Assembly (NCBI GenBank): GCA_044892525.1
Contig: CM097885.1
Span: 15,564,001 to 15,628,000, forward strand
DNA from: Schmidtea polychroa
Taxonomy: Eukaryota
Length of the DNA stretch: 64,000 nucleotides
Direction of reading: 5' to 3'
The notes beneath the pieces are model-generated. The model was not told the DNA's origin, searched no databases, and saw nothing but the letters and a program-made list of their open reading frames with translations. This document shows positions 21,470-34,169 of this stretch, piece after piece; within the stretch, counting starts at the first letter, position 1; each line of letters opens with the position of its first letter. A program made the translations under genes and the position numbers.

Positions 21470-22200
21470 AATGGATTGTTGTTTGGAAGTAGGTTTTGAT
21501 GTAATTTTTTATTGAATTGATTTTTGATGTATTTTAATTAGAAATTCGAGATTTGAATGGATTGTTTTGTGGTTTAAAAAAGTTAAAATTCTGGAAGGGA
21601 GGAAACCAGTTTTGTTTATTGAAATAAGTTTTGGAATCGAAATGTTTGAAGAAGAAGATGTTGATTACAAATTTATTAAAGCTTATGATGTTCCAAACCA
21701 AGATCTTATTTCTTATTTCGATGAAACCCGTGAATTCATTGAAAATGGCAGAAAATTTGGTGGAGTATTGGTTCACTGTCTTGCTGGAAGATCAAGAAGT
21801 GGAATTATTTTGACGGCTTATTTAATGAAACATTTTAAAGTTGGTCCAAACGATGCGATTGAGACAATTAAGGAAAAGTCATTTATATGTCCAAATGATG
21901 GATTCATGAAACAATTAAAGATATATTTCAACATGAATATCAGTGATGAAATCAACAAATGCGCAAATACAGTTTCTCAAGCTCAATTTAAGTTATCAGC
22001 ATCTTCAAAAGATTTAGTTCAATTCAAATGTAGAAAGTGTCGATTTTTATTATTCGACAATTCAAGTGTTGTTGAGCACAGTAAAATGAAAGCTTCGAAA
22101 GCAATAAATGAAAGCACAATTTGCAATGAGGAAATACTTATCGAAGCTCTTCCTTGGAATGATAGCAGCAATGCAGACGGGGAAATGAAAATGACAGTGT
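21470..22200 (+). CDS. DUSP12: DUSP12/YVH1-like phosphatase copy B (catalytic site intact; 5' frame and 3' end doubtful, possibly a pseudogene)
   Basis: VHCLAGRSRS active site, ICPNDGFMKQL, and the start of the C-terminal Zn domain FKCRKCR. The last part of the Zn domain is not seen before the (TTA)n tract. Confidence 0.7.
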
Positions 22201-22240
22201 TAAAGAATAAAATATTAATGATTTATTTGGATCTTATTCA

Positions 22241-22412
<172 letters not shown>

Positions 22413-22679
22413 TAACAGTCTCATATTATATTTTAAACAATTTAAATATTATTTGGAATATTTTATAAGATACAATAATATGAGTTATTTCATTTTATTC
22501 ATATTTGTTTGTGTGCTAAATTTCATCTTTTTACAAAAACATTTTCTCAATAATAAACTATTGTTTAGATTATATTTTCATGTAGTAATATGAAAGCGAA
22601 ACAATTTTTTATTTCTCTTTCATCTGTAACAATAAAGTTAATTTCGACCAAATTATATTAATTATTAATTAAAATTATT

Positions 22680-23000
22680 TTCTTCAATTTATTTAATTTG
22701 TTCTTTCCATTTGCTATACTCATGGCCTCGATAATGTAAGTTGATGTGATAAAGCTGTATTTATCTTATTAAATTTGCATTCATTTAAACAAACTACCTG
22801 ATGAGACATAAATGGACAAAATCATTGTACTAAGTACTAGTCCAGCTTGCTGGAATGCTTTAGGCAATGCCAAAGCTCTAGAGCCAACGATGAGATTGAA
22901 TACAAAGATGCATCCGGTCTGTAACAGAAAGAAAACTCTTCATAAAACCAAAAATAAATGATGCGTAACAAACCCATCTGGAATAAGTGGCTGTCGGCAT
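22680..23000 (-). pseudogene. TMEM104: TMEM104-like amino-acid transporter, 5' exons only
   Basis: Exons 23000-22974 (MPTATYSRW), 22918-22798 (TGCIFVFNLIVGSRALALPKAFQQAG) and from 22754 (FITSTYIIEAMSIAN), with GT..AG introns. Matches the TMEM104 N-terminus (FNLIVGTGAL..PKAF..AG...FVIEAMA.AN). Exon 2/3 phase mismatch; remainder not found. Confidence 0.7.
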
Positions 23001-23102
23001 TTCAATTTATTTTTATTTCGAATATAATTCTAGTCTAAAAAATAAATTTTTGTAAAGTCTTCATTAATAAAATCCTGCTGATTTATATGAACTTTCTCCG
23101 TT

Positions 23103-23344
23103 AAATTTGATGATTTAAACAAAACGGGTAATATAATGATTTAATAAAATTAATTATCTTTTAATAAATAAAATGCAATAATTTGATTAAATAAAATTAG
23201 TTCTCTATTTCTATATATTTTCAAATTTGATGATTTAAACAAAACGGGTAATATAATGATTTAATAAAATTAATTATCTTTTAATAAATAAAATGCAATA
23301 ATTTGATTAAATAAAATTAGTTCTTTATTTCTATATATTTTCAA
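23103..23344 (+). repeat. Two-copy 120-bp tandem duplication
   Basis: AAATTTGATGATTTAAACAAAACGGG at 23103 and 23223. Confidence 0.9.
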
Positions 23345-25055
23345 TTATTTATGAAATTACATAAGTGTTAATTTATTAAATTAAATGGAAGTAAAAAATA
23401 TTTTCTGTTTTAAATTAATTTTAAAATATTAAAAAAAAAGAAATCGAAAATTGTTAATCTGTTGTGGAGAAAATAAAATATTTTACGGATAAATAAAATA
23501 GAATAATTAATAAAATAAAATAAGAAAAAATAAATTCTTCATTATTTTCGATATTTTTATTTTTACGATATATTAATTAATAATAAAAATATTTTTTTTC
23601 AGTTTATAAAAATATATTTATTTTTGTAAGAACTTTTTCCAATTTACCACTGATTATTTTTCCGTTGATTTTATTAAAAAGAGAGCTTGAAGACTATAAA
23701 TCAGTAATATATCGATGTTTTTTGATATTCTCGAATTTTCGGCACTGTCTTTTTATGAATTTCTATATTATAGAATTAAAATCGTATTCTTTAACACATG
23801 GGAAGACAATGAACAAAAGCATAAGAAAAGTAAATTATGTAAATTAACAAAATATGCTTAGAAATATTTTGAAAAATATACTTTATTACAGAAAATTATT
23901 TTAATATCGGAAATCAACTGAATAGGAAATATACAGGAATATTTACAGAAAAACCCTCCAAACTCTAGAAAATTCGCAAATTAAATTTCCCAACTCAAAA
24001 AATTTCCCCAAATTTTTAAAGCTCCTAAAATTAATTTTCGCAAAAAATAACGTAATTTTATATATGGTAAAAATTAGCTTGTAAATTTTTTTTTAAAATA
24101 TTACTTTATTATAGGAAAACAACCGTATAGGAAATATACAAGATTACTACAAGAAAAATTTTCCCAACTCAAATTTTATAATTTTTTTATGTAAAAATTT
24201 TTAAATATAGATTTCACCACAAAACATGTTGTGTACATTTATTAAAAAAATACAAAGAGCAAATAATTCAACAACAATTGAATTTCAATTGGTTAATACT
24301 AGAGAATTTCAGACTATTAATTCCAGAAAATATCTGAATGTGAATTAAATAAATATTTTTTGACTGTTCACGACAGCGTCAGACTTGCATTTTGCTGGTG
24401 TATTTTTGGGTTCAGCATTATGTTATGCGAGCTTAGGTTTCGGATTGAATTTTATTGGTTAACAAGGAAATATTATTCGACCTATCAATTTTATCGTCAA
24501 TGGTAATAAATAAAAAAATTACGGCATTAATTTCTCCCAGAATGGTGTTCTTGTTCCCGTGTTGAGAAATAAAAATTGGATTAAAAAATATAATTTACAA
24601 ATTCAAATAAAATCAAATCAAAATCTGTAAATTCAAAACTAACAAATACAAATATATGATAACACAATATAAAAGAATATAAAATTTTTTCAATATTCCA
24701 GAATTTCCTAGACCAAGAGACATTTTTTGGACCAAACCTTATCAATCCGTATCAATTACAGTAATTGAAACAAAAACTTAATAATAAATTAAAATTTTAT
24801 ATAAATTATACAATTTTTAATTGAATAAATTAAAAAAACAATTTAAAAATAAAAATTATGAATAAAAAATATATAAAACACATCAAATCAAAATAGCCTA
24901 AAGGTACAAAATGTTTTTATAAAAAGTTTTTAAAAATAGTTTTTATATAGTAAATGGCGCCTATGGCAAACACCGATCTTGCGCCCCCTACTTACTTTTT
25001 ATTTTCTAAAAAACTAATTTAGAATTGGGTAAAAAAAGCACATAAGTTAAACCTA

Positions 25056-26144
25056 CAGTTGGGTATTTTCCGAGAAAATCACATTCTCGAGATTCGGGAT
25101 TTCCCGAAGCAAATTCTATAGAATTCTCGAGAAGTCGAGAAAATTTAAAAAACCTATAAAAAATTCTAAAATCAATGTAAAATAAAGAAATTCGAAAAAA
25201 ATATGTTTTTTATTTAAGTAAGAAGTAGTAAACAATTAATTAAAGTAATTAAAGTCATAAACAAAACAGAAGTAAAACAAAAATAGTTCAAAACATTATT
25301 AAAATAGAATAGAGTATTAAAACAAAATTAATTCAAAAATATTATTTACTAAAATAAATTTCAGAAAACACAGACTGTCAATGGCTGCGTCTGCAATCGC
25401 GTACGCTTTTGCGAAACAAAAAAGTTGGCTTAATTGTATTAAAAGCCCAGATCAGTCTTTGAACATTTGTAGTTTTCTGTCCACTTTTTTCATATATATT
25501 TAGTTCGTTTTTAAATATCGGAAAAAGTTCGTTTGACGCATGTTGCGCAATGTTTTCTTTTGGTTTTGAGCATTGCTGGACATAGTTTTCAAGTTGTTTC
25601 GCCATATCTTCTTCTTCAACGCTGTTGTTCACAATCACAGCATCATCGGCAGAATCAGAAACTGCTTGCTCTTCTTGAATGCTTGTAGAAAAAAGACGAA
25701 AGAGGTACGCTTTGGCAGATAAGAAAGATCTGCTAGTTTTCTTTTTAGGCTGGATAGAAACTCGTCGCATAATTCAGTGTGCTGATTCTCCAATTTTGTG
25801 AACAATAGTTTTAGAATAAAATTCGTTGCAAGTAAGTTCACATTTTGGCGGCTGAGAGCTTCGACAGCAACACGAATAAGTTTTAGAGCATTAATGATAT
25901 TCTCACAATGCTTTTCTTCTGCTACAGTAGTTGCCATAACCGTTAAATTGAGCGTGTCGAGTTCCTTACAAACGTGCTTGCTGATGCGAATGAACCTCGT
26001 CAGCATCGATTGAAGGCTGTTCCAACGTGTCTTACAATCCAATAGCAAGATAAGCTCTTTCTGCAAAAGCTCTTTTTGCAAAGTTAAAACTCTTACTCTG
26101 ACTCCAAGCGTGTCTTTGACTAACCCACATATACCACTTGACAA
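25056..26144 (-). mobile_element. Truncated hAT DNA transposon
   Basis: LLLDCKTRWNS (DxxTRWNS motif) and a degenerate C-terminal IKPT...; probable end CAGTTGGG at 25056. Confidence 0.75.
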
Positions 26145-26758
26145 CAGGAATCTTTATTGATGATCACAAATAATTTTCACTTTACTCTGACAATCAATTC
26201 AACACTCCGCTCAGTGACTATACAATACTTATTGAAACACTCAGTGAAGAATAACACTCGAGTAAAACACCGGATTAAAAGATCCTTAACTACTGATTGG
26301 TTTATCGCCTGGGGCTTTGAGTTGGTTGTTTTCTTTGAGATTCTTTGAATTTTTTTTATCATTATCTTTTCTTGTTTGTTTATTTATGATTCTTTCAGTT
26401 TGTTTCACGATTTTTTCTTCTTTCTGTTTTGTTTCTTGACATTTTGATTTTTGTGTCGCTTGTTTTTCTTACCAAAATTTAACCGTTAATTTTAAGGGCT
26501 AAAGGTCAGTGTCAATGTATACCTTGATGTAAATAAATAAATATTACAATATTTGTTTACTATTATCAAGATTTAACTACAAATGGATTAGCATGAATAA
26601 TAATTTTTCAACTTCCTATAATTTCGTAAACATTATATTTATTAAAAAACTTGACCTATTGTGGATAACTCATGGTGCATGTGATGGTGGATGTATAATA
26701 AATATTAATAATAAATATTAATGATTGTTTCAGCCGATTTTGGATGATTTTTTTTGTA

Positions 26759-26786
26759 TCGCGTCTGTGTGCGCACACAGACGCGA
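26759..26786. promoter_or_regulatory. Perfect 28-bp palindrome upstream of the PSMA6-like copy
   Basis: TCGCGTCTGTGTGC|GCACACAGACGCGA; 20 bp of it recur at 5161 and 21448. Confidence 0.35.
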
Positions 26787-26962
26787 GTAATAGGTAATTT
26801 ATATTTTATATGTTATAAGTTATGTTTCTGTAGTAATAGATTTAAATCGATCTTTAATTTGTGGAATTTGGTTTTGATGGTTTGTTAATGGAAGAGCAGG
26901 AATCGTTTGTTTGAACTGGTAAATTGTGTAGAAATTTTGGATTTTTGTTTTTTAGTTGAAAC

Positions 26963-27655
26963 ATGGAAGAAAATGAAGGCCTGAAATGTCGTCTTCCAAT
27001 GAGCAATATAGCGAAGATTATTTTCTCACCTGAAGGGAGATCATTCCAAGTCGAATATGCATTTAAGGCAATTGCATTAGATGGATTGCTTTCCGTTGGT
27101 ATTCGAGGCAATAATGGTGGTGTAGTAGCTACACAAAGAAAAGTTCCAGATAAAATGATTGAGAAGAGTTCAGCTACAAGATTGTTTAATATTACTGAAA
27201 GTACTGAATGGGTTATGACTGGTATGATCCCTGATTGTCGATCTCAAACATGTCGTGCACAAATGGAAGCAGATCGATTTAAATATAAAAATGGATATGA
27301 AATGCCTTGTGACATAACATGTCGTTGTATCGCGGATATTAATCAGCTCTACACCCAATCGGCTGAGATGCGACCATTAGGTTTATCAATGATAGCATTA
27401 TCTTATGATATTGAAATGGATAAACCGTTATTATTCAAAACTGACTCCAGTGGCTTTGTAACTGGACATCGAGCTGTTGCAGTTGGTGGGAAGCAATTGG
27501 AGGCTAAAAGTTATTTGGAAAAGAAACTACGTAAAAATAGAGCGTGTGAAACTATCAAATACATAAAAATCTTTTTGACGTGTTTTAGACGAAAACAAAT
27601 GATAATAATAACAAATAATAATATTAATAATAATGATAATAATAACAAAAAATAA
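26963..27655 (+). pseudogene. PSMA6: Proteasome subunit alpha-1/alpha type-6-like, intronless, with altered N-terminus and truncated C-terminus
   Basis: IFSPEGR.FQVEYAFKAI, TQRKVPDK, VMTGM..D.RSQ, KYKNGYEMP, YTQSAEMRPLG, LEKK; then runs into low-complexity sequence. Confidence 0.8.
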
Positions 27656-29095
27656 ATAATAATAATAAGAATAATAATAATAATATAAAACGAAGATTCC
27701 TTGCCAGTAGCATCGATTAAAAATAAAATAATTAATAAATAAAGTTCTAAGATTTCAGTGCAAATTTCATATTTAATAAAAAAATAAATGAGAATTTTCG
27801 ACTATGAAATAATCTTATTTAATTGATTGAAAAATAAATAATAAAATTCCACTACTGGTCAATGTAGGCAAGGTGATTGCTCGCCATATATTCTCAGGAA
27901 ATGGCCATAGTTTGCCTTTTGATGGACATGAAGGACATTTTGTATCCGGCTATTGCTGGAGGTAATATTTTATATGGATGACACGTGTCAGCTGCCTGAG
28001 AGCCACAGGAATATCCTAGAAGGCCACTATTAGCATAGAAAGGAACTTATTTACTCCTTCACTCACCAATGAGAATGAATAATAATTTAACATTATGCCA
28101 TTTTCGCATCTAATGCTTTACTGATCCATCTCAGCCATGTAGAGGCGCCATTGAAAGCTTGGTCAGACCGCGTGCCAATACTCATGCTCATTGCGGAAAA
28201 TCCAGTCAAATCGCCTTCATTGCCCTCATAAACATTACACAAATGCACTCAGTCTGGGACACATTTCTCGCTATCCGTTCTGAGTAAGCATCCGTTTGTA
28301 CAGCTCCTTTCATGCATGCCATCTGATATGTCAGTGTGGGATCTTGTCTGTGTACAAGTTTCCACACCTTTAAATTGAGGATCTAGAAAGGATAAAATCA
28401 AATTCCTAATAAGTCACGTCACAATGTATCAATGCGTTCGATGAAATAACAAAAAACAATGAAAGATGACCACGACTACTGTTGAATGACATCAGAATGG
28501 TCCTGACAATTGCTCAATGGTGTCCATTAATTGGATTAATATTAAAAAATATAAAACAAATGTTTGATTTTTTGCTGAATCTGCTGTGACCGATTTCTGT
28601 GCCATATTTATGTACATCTATCAAAACATACACTCTCCAGGACATTCACTAGCACAGTGAACTACAATTTGATAGAATCAATTTAATTAAGTGTCAATTA
28701 GGCATTGCATTGATCACAGATTTCATAAAATTATACAAATATTCGTTACAATTTAATTTTTTATTGTGTTAAATCTAATCCAATTTATCAATATTGCTTT
28801 GTGCATTTGATGTTTTATCATTGCAACTATGTCACAATAAAATGTTATAAAATTATAATTTAAATAATTTTGTAATATTTAAAATAAATGAGAAAAAAAT
28901 TAACATTAATAATATTTTGATTTGCGCTAAAAGTTAAAAAACAATATTTATAAAATGTTTGTTTATCTACATCAAAATACAAATTATAAATATTGAAATT
29001 GTCAACGTCAGAGGAAATAATTAATATAATAAGTATGATTTATGATTGTTGTAAAATGTTGAAATATTTTGATAATATTGTTAATTTTAGATAAA

Positions 29096-30955
29096 ATGTT
29101 TGCAATCGTATGGGAAATGATGAAGAGGAATAAATTTGAATTTGATAATGAAATCAGCATTGAATTGATATGCAGAATTTGCAAGTGTTTAATGATAAAA
29201 GCTTGCAATGCTCCTTGCGGTTGTCGCTTTTGTTCTGATTGCATTGAGCAATATTTGGATGGAAAAGATAAATTCTGTCCAGGAGCATCAAAACATTGTG
29301 GAAAGAAAATGATCAATTTCAAAAAAGATGTTTCTGAAGATCATGCAGCCAATTTAAGGATTTCAGAAGTGATAGTGAGATGCCCAATGCAAAATTGTCA
29401 ATTCAAAGATGAATTAGAAGTGATGGAAAGCCACATGAGTACATGCACCAAGAACACTGATCAGATCAGTAATATATGCAATGAGATGCAAGCAATGAGA
29501 GATGAGAATGTGACATTGCGTAATGAAATTATCAATATCAATGTAAAATTTTATTTGTAATTAATTTTATTGATATTTGTGATTGTAGGTGAAACAGAGC
29601 AATATTGAAAGGAAAGAGGCGGAGAACAAAGGAGAAATAGAAGAATTGAATGAGGAAATGGTGGCATTGAAGAATGCGAACCGCTCATTGAGAATGGATA
29701 TGGAGACAAATATTGGATCAATCAGTCAAGTTTGATTATTGGTTTGATTTACTATTGATTTGTTATTGACGCAAAGCAGGTCAGACAGCAAATTGAGGCG
29801 ATTGAATCAAAATGTCAACAGCAAATTGATGAGATGAGAGAGAAATGCGAACAGCGGCTGCAACAAGGGGATGAAAAGGTGATTTATTGATTTATTGAAA
29901 TATTTGATTTTGAGATTCAGTTGCAGCTTGAAATGGCGAAATGCGCCAATGATATACGGCAGAATGAATCAAAATATCAACATCAAATTGATGAGTTGAA
30001 AGAGAAATGCGAGCAACGTTTGCAACAGGTCAGACTGCAAATTGAGGCGATTGAATCGCCTCAAATGAGAGAAATAATTCAATTGGCATTTTTAATTATT
30101 ATCTTGATGCTCATGGCAGCTCAAATTCGGCAGAATGAAACAAAATGTCAACAGCAAATTGATGAGACGAAAGAGAAATACGAGCAGCAGTTGCAACAGG
30201 GGAATGAAAAGGTGATTTATTGATTTATTGAAATGTTTGAATTTGAGATTCAGTCGCAGCTTGAAATGGCGAAATATGTCAATGAAATTCGGCAGAATGA
30301 ATCAAAATATCAACATCAAATTGATGAGATGAAAGAGAAATACGAGCAGCGGTTGCAACAGGGGAATGAAAAGGTGATTTATTGATTTATTGAAATGTTT
30401 GAATTTGAGATTCAGTCGCAGCTTGAAATGGCGAAAAGCGCCAATGAAATTCGGCAGATTGAAACAAAATTAGCAAATGAAAAATATATAAATTATGGAT
30501 TTTTTGAATGGCAAATCGATAAATTTTCACAAGAAAAGAGAAATGAAATTATTTACAGCGAGGCATTTTATTCCGGGCCAATCGGTTACAAAATGTGCTT
30601 GTGGTTGGGGACTAGTGGTGATTTGTTTGGGATTTTTAATTGGGTTAATGTTGGTTTCTGTTTGATGCGTGGGGCAAATGATGAGCAATTGGATTGGCCG
30701 TTCAATCAATCCGTGACAATCGATGTGATCGATCCAGAAAATGGCAACATTTATATGAGCAAGTTTATGAAATATTCAGATCGCCCTCTTGATGCCGGAT
30801 GGAGGAAACCGTCACAAGACAGAAATGATCCAATTGGCATTTATTATGAGTATTATGATGTCAGCTCAATCTATAAATTAGCAGCCAAAAGTGATAAATT
30901 GCTGCTCAGGTGCAGAATTGAAAAATTCTTACAAATTAAAAAAACAAATCAATAA
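29096..30955 (+). CDS. TRAF-like protein (RING, Zn finger, coiled coil, MATH), spliced
   Basis: CRIC...CGCRFC..C...CP RING, VRCP..NC...H..TC finger, short GT..AG introns (e.g. 29543-29588, 29879-29920), MATH FEWQID...YSEAFY..P.GYKMCL...LMRG.ND..L.WPF. Confidence 0.88.
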
Positions 30956-31929
30956 AAATTGATTTATTTTGGCTTTTGATTTGTTTTATTGTTTGCATTT
31001 TTTATTATATTTATTATATGAGATAATTATTGTGGTAATTATTGTCATTCTCGCCTTCCATCCGATATCATCATCACTTGGCGGAGCGCTCACAGCAAAT
31101 TGCCAATTGCAATATCAACATCAATTATATAATTAAATAAAAGCAATTTAATTAAATCAAAACATTTAATATAAATTTGAATAATTATTATAATTAAATT
31201 AATAATTAATTTGAAAGAAATGAAATTAAAATTCACCCGAATATAAGCGCTGACAAATCGCCTCAACAAATCAAACGCTCCTATGACGAGTGGAACTGAC
31301 GAAAAAACCGCCGCTGATGTTATATGAGTTTTGGATAAATTATTGCTGTACTGAATGGCAGTAAAATGCACCTAAATGCAATACTAACACCGCGTTATAT
31401 CAAATTGAATTCTTTGAATTTTACTTATTAACAAACAACGAAATTTATCTTGAAATCTTGAAATTATAAAAAAGGGGATCATTTAGGAAATTTATAAATG
31501 AGGTTTTAAAGTGAAGTTGAGTCCAATACCTAATCTACATCAATACCTTGTGGTGATAAGTGACGGTTATGGAGTTTAAGGCGGGGGGGGGGTTATTTAT
31601 AAAATTTATAAATTATAATCTTAAATTAAACGTAAGTTGAGCATACATAATAAAGTAATTTACATTAGCGAATTTGGTACTTGATTGATGGTCATATTAC
31701 TTGAGGGGCATAAATGAAATTATAATTTTAAAATTCAAAATTTTAATTAGACATTTCTAAGAAAACAATTTACATTAATACATTTAGGATGAGATTAGTA
31801 GCAGTGGCACTTTAAGAGGTCAAAAATAAAATTTGTAAATTAATATTTTAATTCTCAAATACAAGATGAATAAATATATAGATAATCTATATTAGGGAAA
31901 TTCTTAATAAGTAGATGACTCTTAGCAAT

Positions 31930-32795
31930 ATACGAAGCAATCAAACACTTCCAACATTTATTCGAAGGACGAAACTTAAAAATATTCACAGATCACAAAC
32001 CGCTAACTAACGCAATCATAATAAAGAACCCCTCACCAAGTCAAATTACACAATTCAACTTCATTTTACAATTTAACTGCACAATAAACTACGTAGCGGG
32101 AAAATAAACATAGCAGCTGACGCTCTATCAAGAAACGAAAGTGACATAAACTCCCTGGAATTCGAAAACATAATCAAATTGGATCAAATTAAATCCAAAC
32201 AAAACGAAACAATTAACAAACTTCCCACTAAACACAGTTTGAAACTACAAGAACTCAACGGAGTATGGCACGACGTCTCCAACAAAAGCAACAAACGAAT
32301 ATTACTTCAGGAGGAATTCCGTGAAAACTGCATCGAAAAGATACACAAGATTAATCACTCTGGAAACAAAGTAACATTCGAACTAATAAACAACAATTAT
32401 ATATGGCCTAAAATGCGGAAAGACATCAAAAACTACGTCAAGAGAGTTCACAGCTGCCAGTTAAATAAAACAACAAAAAACTCAAACCTCTAAAAGTAAA
32501 CTTCCCAAGCAGCGAAGTCTTCTAAACAATACACACAGATATTGTAGGACCACTACCACCAAAAGACAACTACAAATACCTGTTGACAATTATAGACAGC
32601 AAATCCAACTGGTTCGAAGTAATCCCAATAGAAGAAATCACCGCAAAAAATATATGTGAAATGATCGAATTAAATTGAATAGCTTGTTATGGCCAACCGA
32701 AAACATTCATAACCGATCAAGACAGACAGTTCGAATCAGAAATGTTCAAAATACTCTGCAACAAATACAACATCAAAAAGAACCGAACAACAGCT
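31930..32795 (+). mobile_element. Degenerate Gypsy/Ty3 pol relic (RNase H-integrase)
   Basis: IFTDHKPL, H..NHSG...YIWPKMRKD, HTDIVGPLP, TDQ.RQFES, with stops and frameshifts. Confidence 0.85.
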
Positions 32796-34169
32796 TTCTT
32801 TGCAGTATTGGGCCAGAACGACTGGAAAACCTTTAATTCCCTTGTATATCTCCTCAACTGACTTCTATATATCCAAAACTTCGTAACCTAGAATATCTTT
32901 TTTTCTAACTACAATAATAACTAAAAAAAGGAAAATTACAACACATTTATAACGAACATTCATTTAATTTTTGATGTTGCACAAGTCTAATAAGAATCCA
33001 TAGAGTTACAGAATTACATCAAGTCTGAAATTTGAGTCGTCTAAATCAGCATTAAAGAAAATATAAGGCTGCTGGGCCAGTGTGATGGTGGATTGGGTTG
33101 TACTTGTTGAAGGCATTGGAGGGATTAATTGGAGAATTAATAGCGGCTAACTCGGCTAGCCATCGGGCATTTGCCCGCTGTCGGCGCAGTCTGTGGGTCT
33201 CTGCGTATTGATTTCAATTTGCCGGAGATGGAGTCGCTATTGGTACTGGTACTACGGAAACTGGTTGGGGCGTTGGAACTTGAGTTGTTTAAACAGGTTC
33301 TACTACACCACTGCTGGGAGGTAAGTGATGACTGAAGATCACATCTAAGTTCATTAAGGCCGCTCCTTGTGTGATTCGAGCTTCCAATTATTTTGCCGTG
33401 TACATCTTGGGCAACGGCTCATGTTTTTTTCTAATTACTAACCGTTGCGCCAGACTTTCCGTTACAATTTCCTGTCTAGTCCAGTCTAAGTGAAAGATGC
33501 GCTGATGTAATGTATGGGCCTTATCTGGTGAGAGCCAAGTTGCCTCAAACTGATTTAGTCCTTTTGGTTTTCTTCTCGGTTGCTTCCTTAATTTCTGGAT
33601 TTATTCTGTCAAATGTACCTCTCTGGGTGAAAGAGTTTTATTAGCCTAAGTTGGAAGCTTTTGCCATTTAAAGATGGGAAATTTAACTGATGAAAGTTAT
33701 ACGCTTCACACATTTCAAAGAGGAATTTGAAGTCATCACTCCAACCAGGGTTTTCACTCGGTGTGAGTGTCTCTTCTCTTCTATATTATCGCTCAAGAAT
33801 TTCATATTCGCTGGAAACGGATTAAATAAAACTATAGTTCATATTGGGCTTGACCGAACGTGTCGGGACACAATAATCAAGCAAATGGCGAATAATCAGG
33901 TCAAGTACATGGCTTTGGCAACCGATAAACTGTGGTTTTTCTAATATTTTCCTTTCGAACTCTCTTTGAATTCGAATTACACTCCATTTGTTAACAGATG
34001 TCGTGTCACACGATCATTTGAATATTTTTCCAAGCATCAAACTTGTCTAACAAATTCGTCATTGAATCAAAAATAACGTCTGCTGAGCCACTTTGGCAAA
34101 TGAGAATTCCCAGGTTCAAATAGCGATAATTTAGACCTGACGCTTTCGTTTCGTTGCTGTTGATATAAG

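Larger units (their letters stand above)
26535..32795 (+). repeat. Segmental duplication, copy 1 (pairs with ~56331-62978)
   Basis: Colinear high identity across the PSMA6-like, intergenic, TRAF-like and Gypsy relic sequences. 23784-23913 also matches 56203-56332. Confidence 0.95.

Noticed and set aside
27860..28680. Coding-like minus-strand sequence (also 57540-58740 and 32980-34160)
   Set aside because: Multiple stops and no motif I can recognise; probably decayed TE or gene, unassignable without a search.
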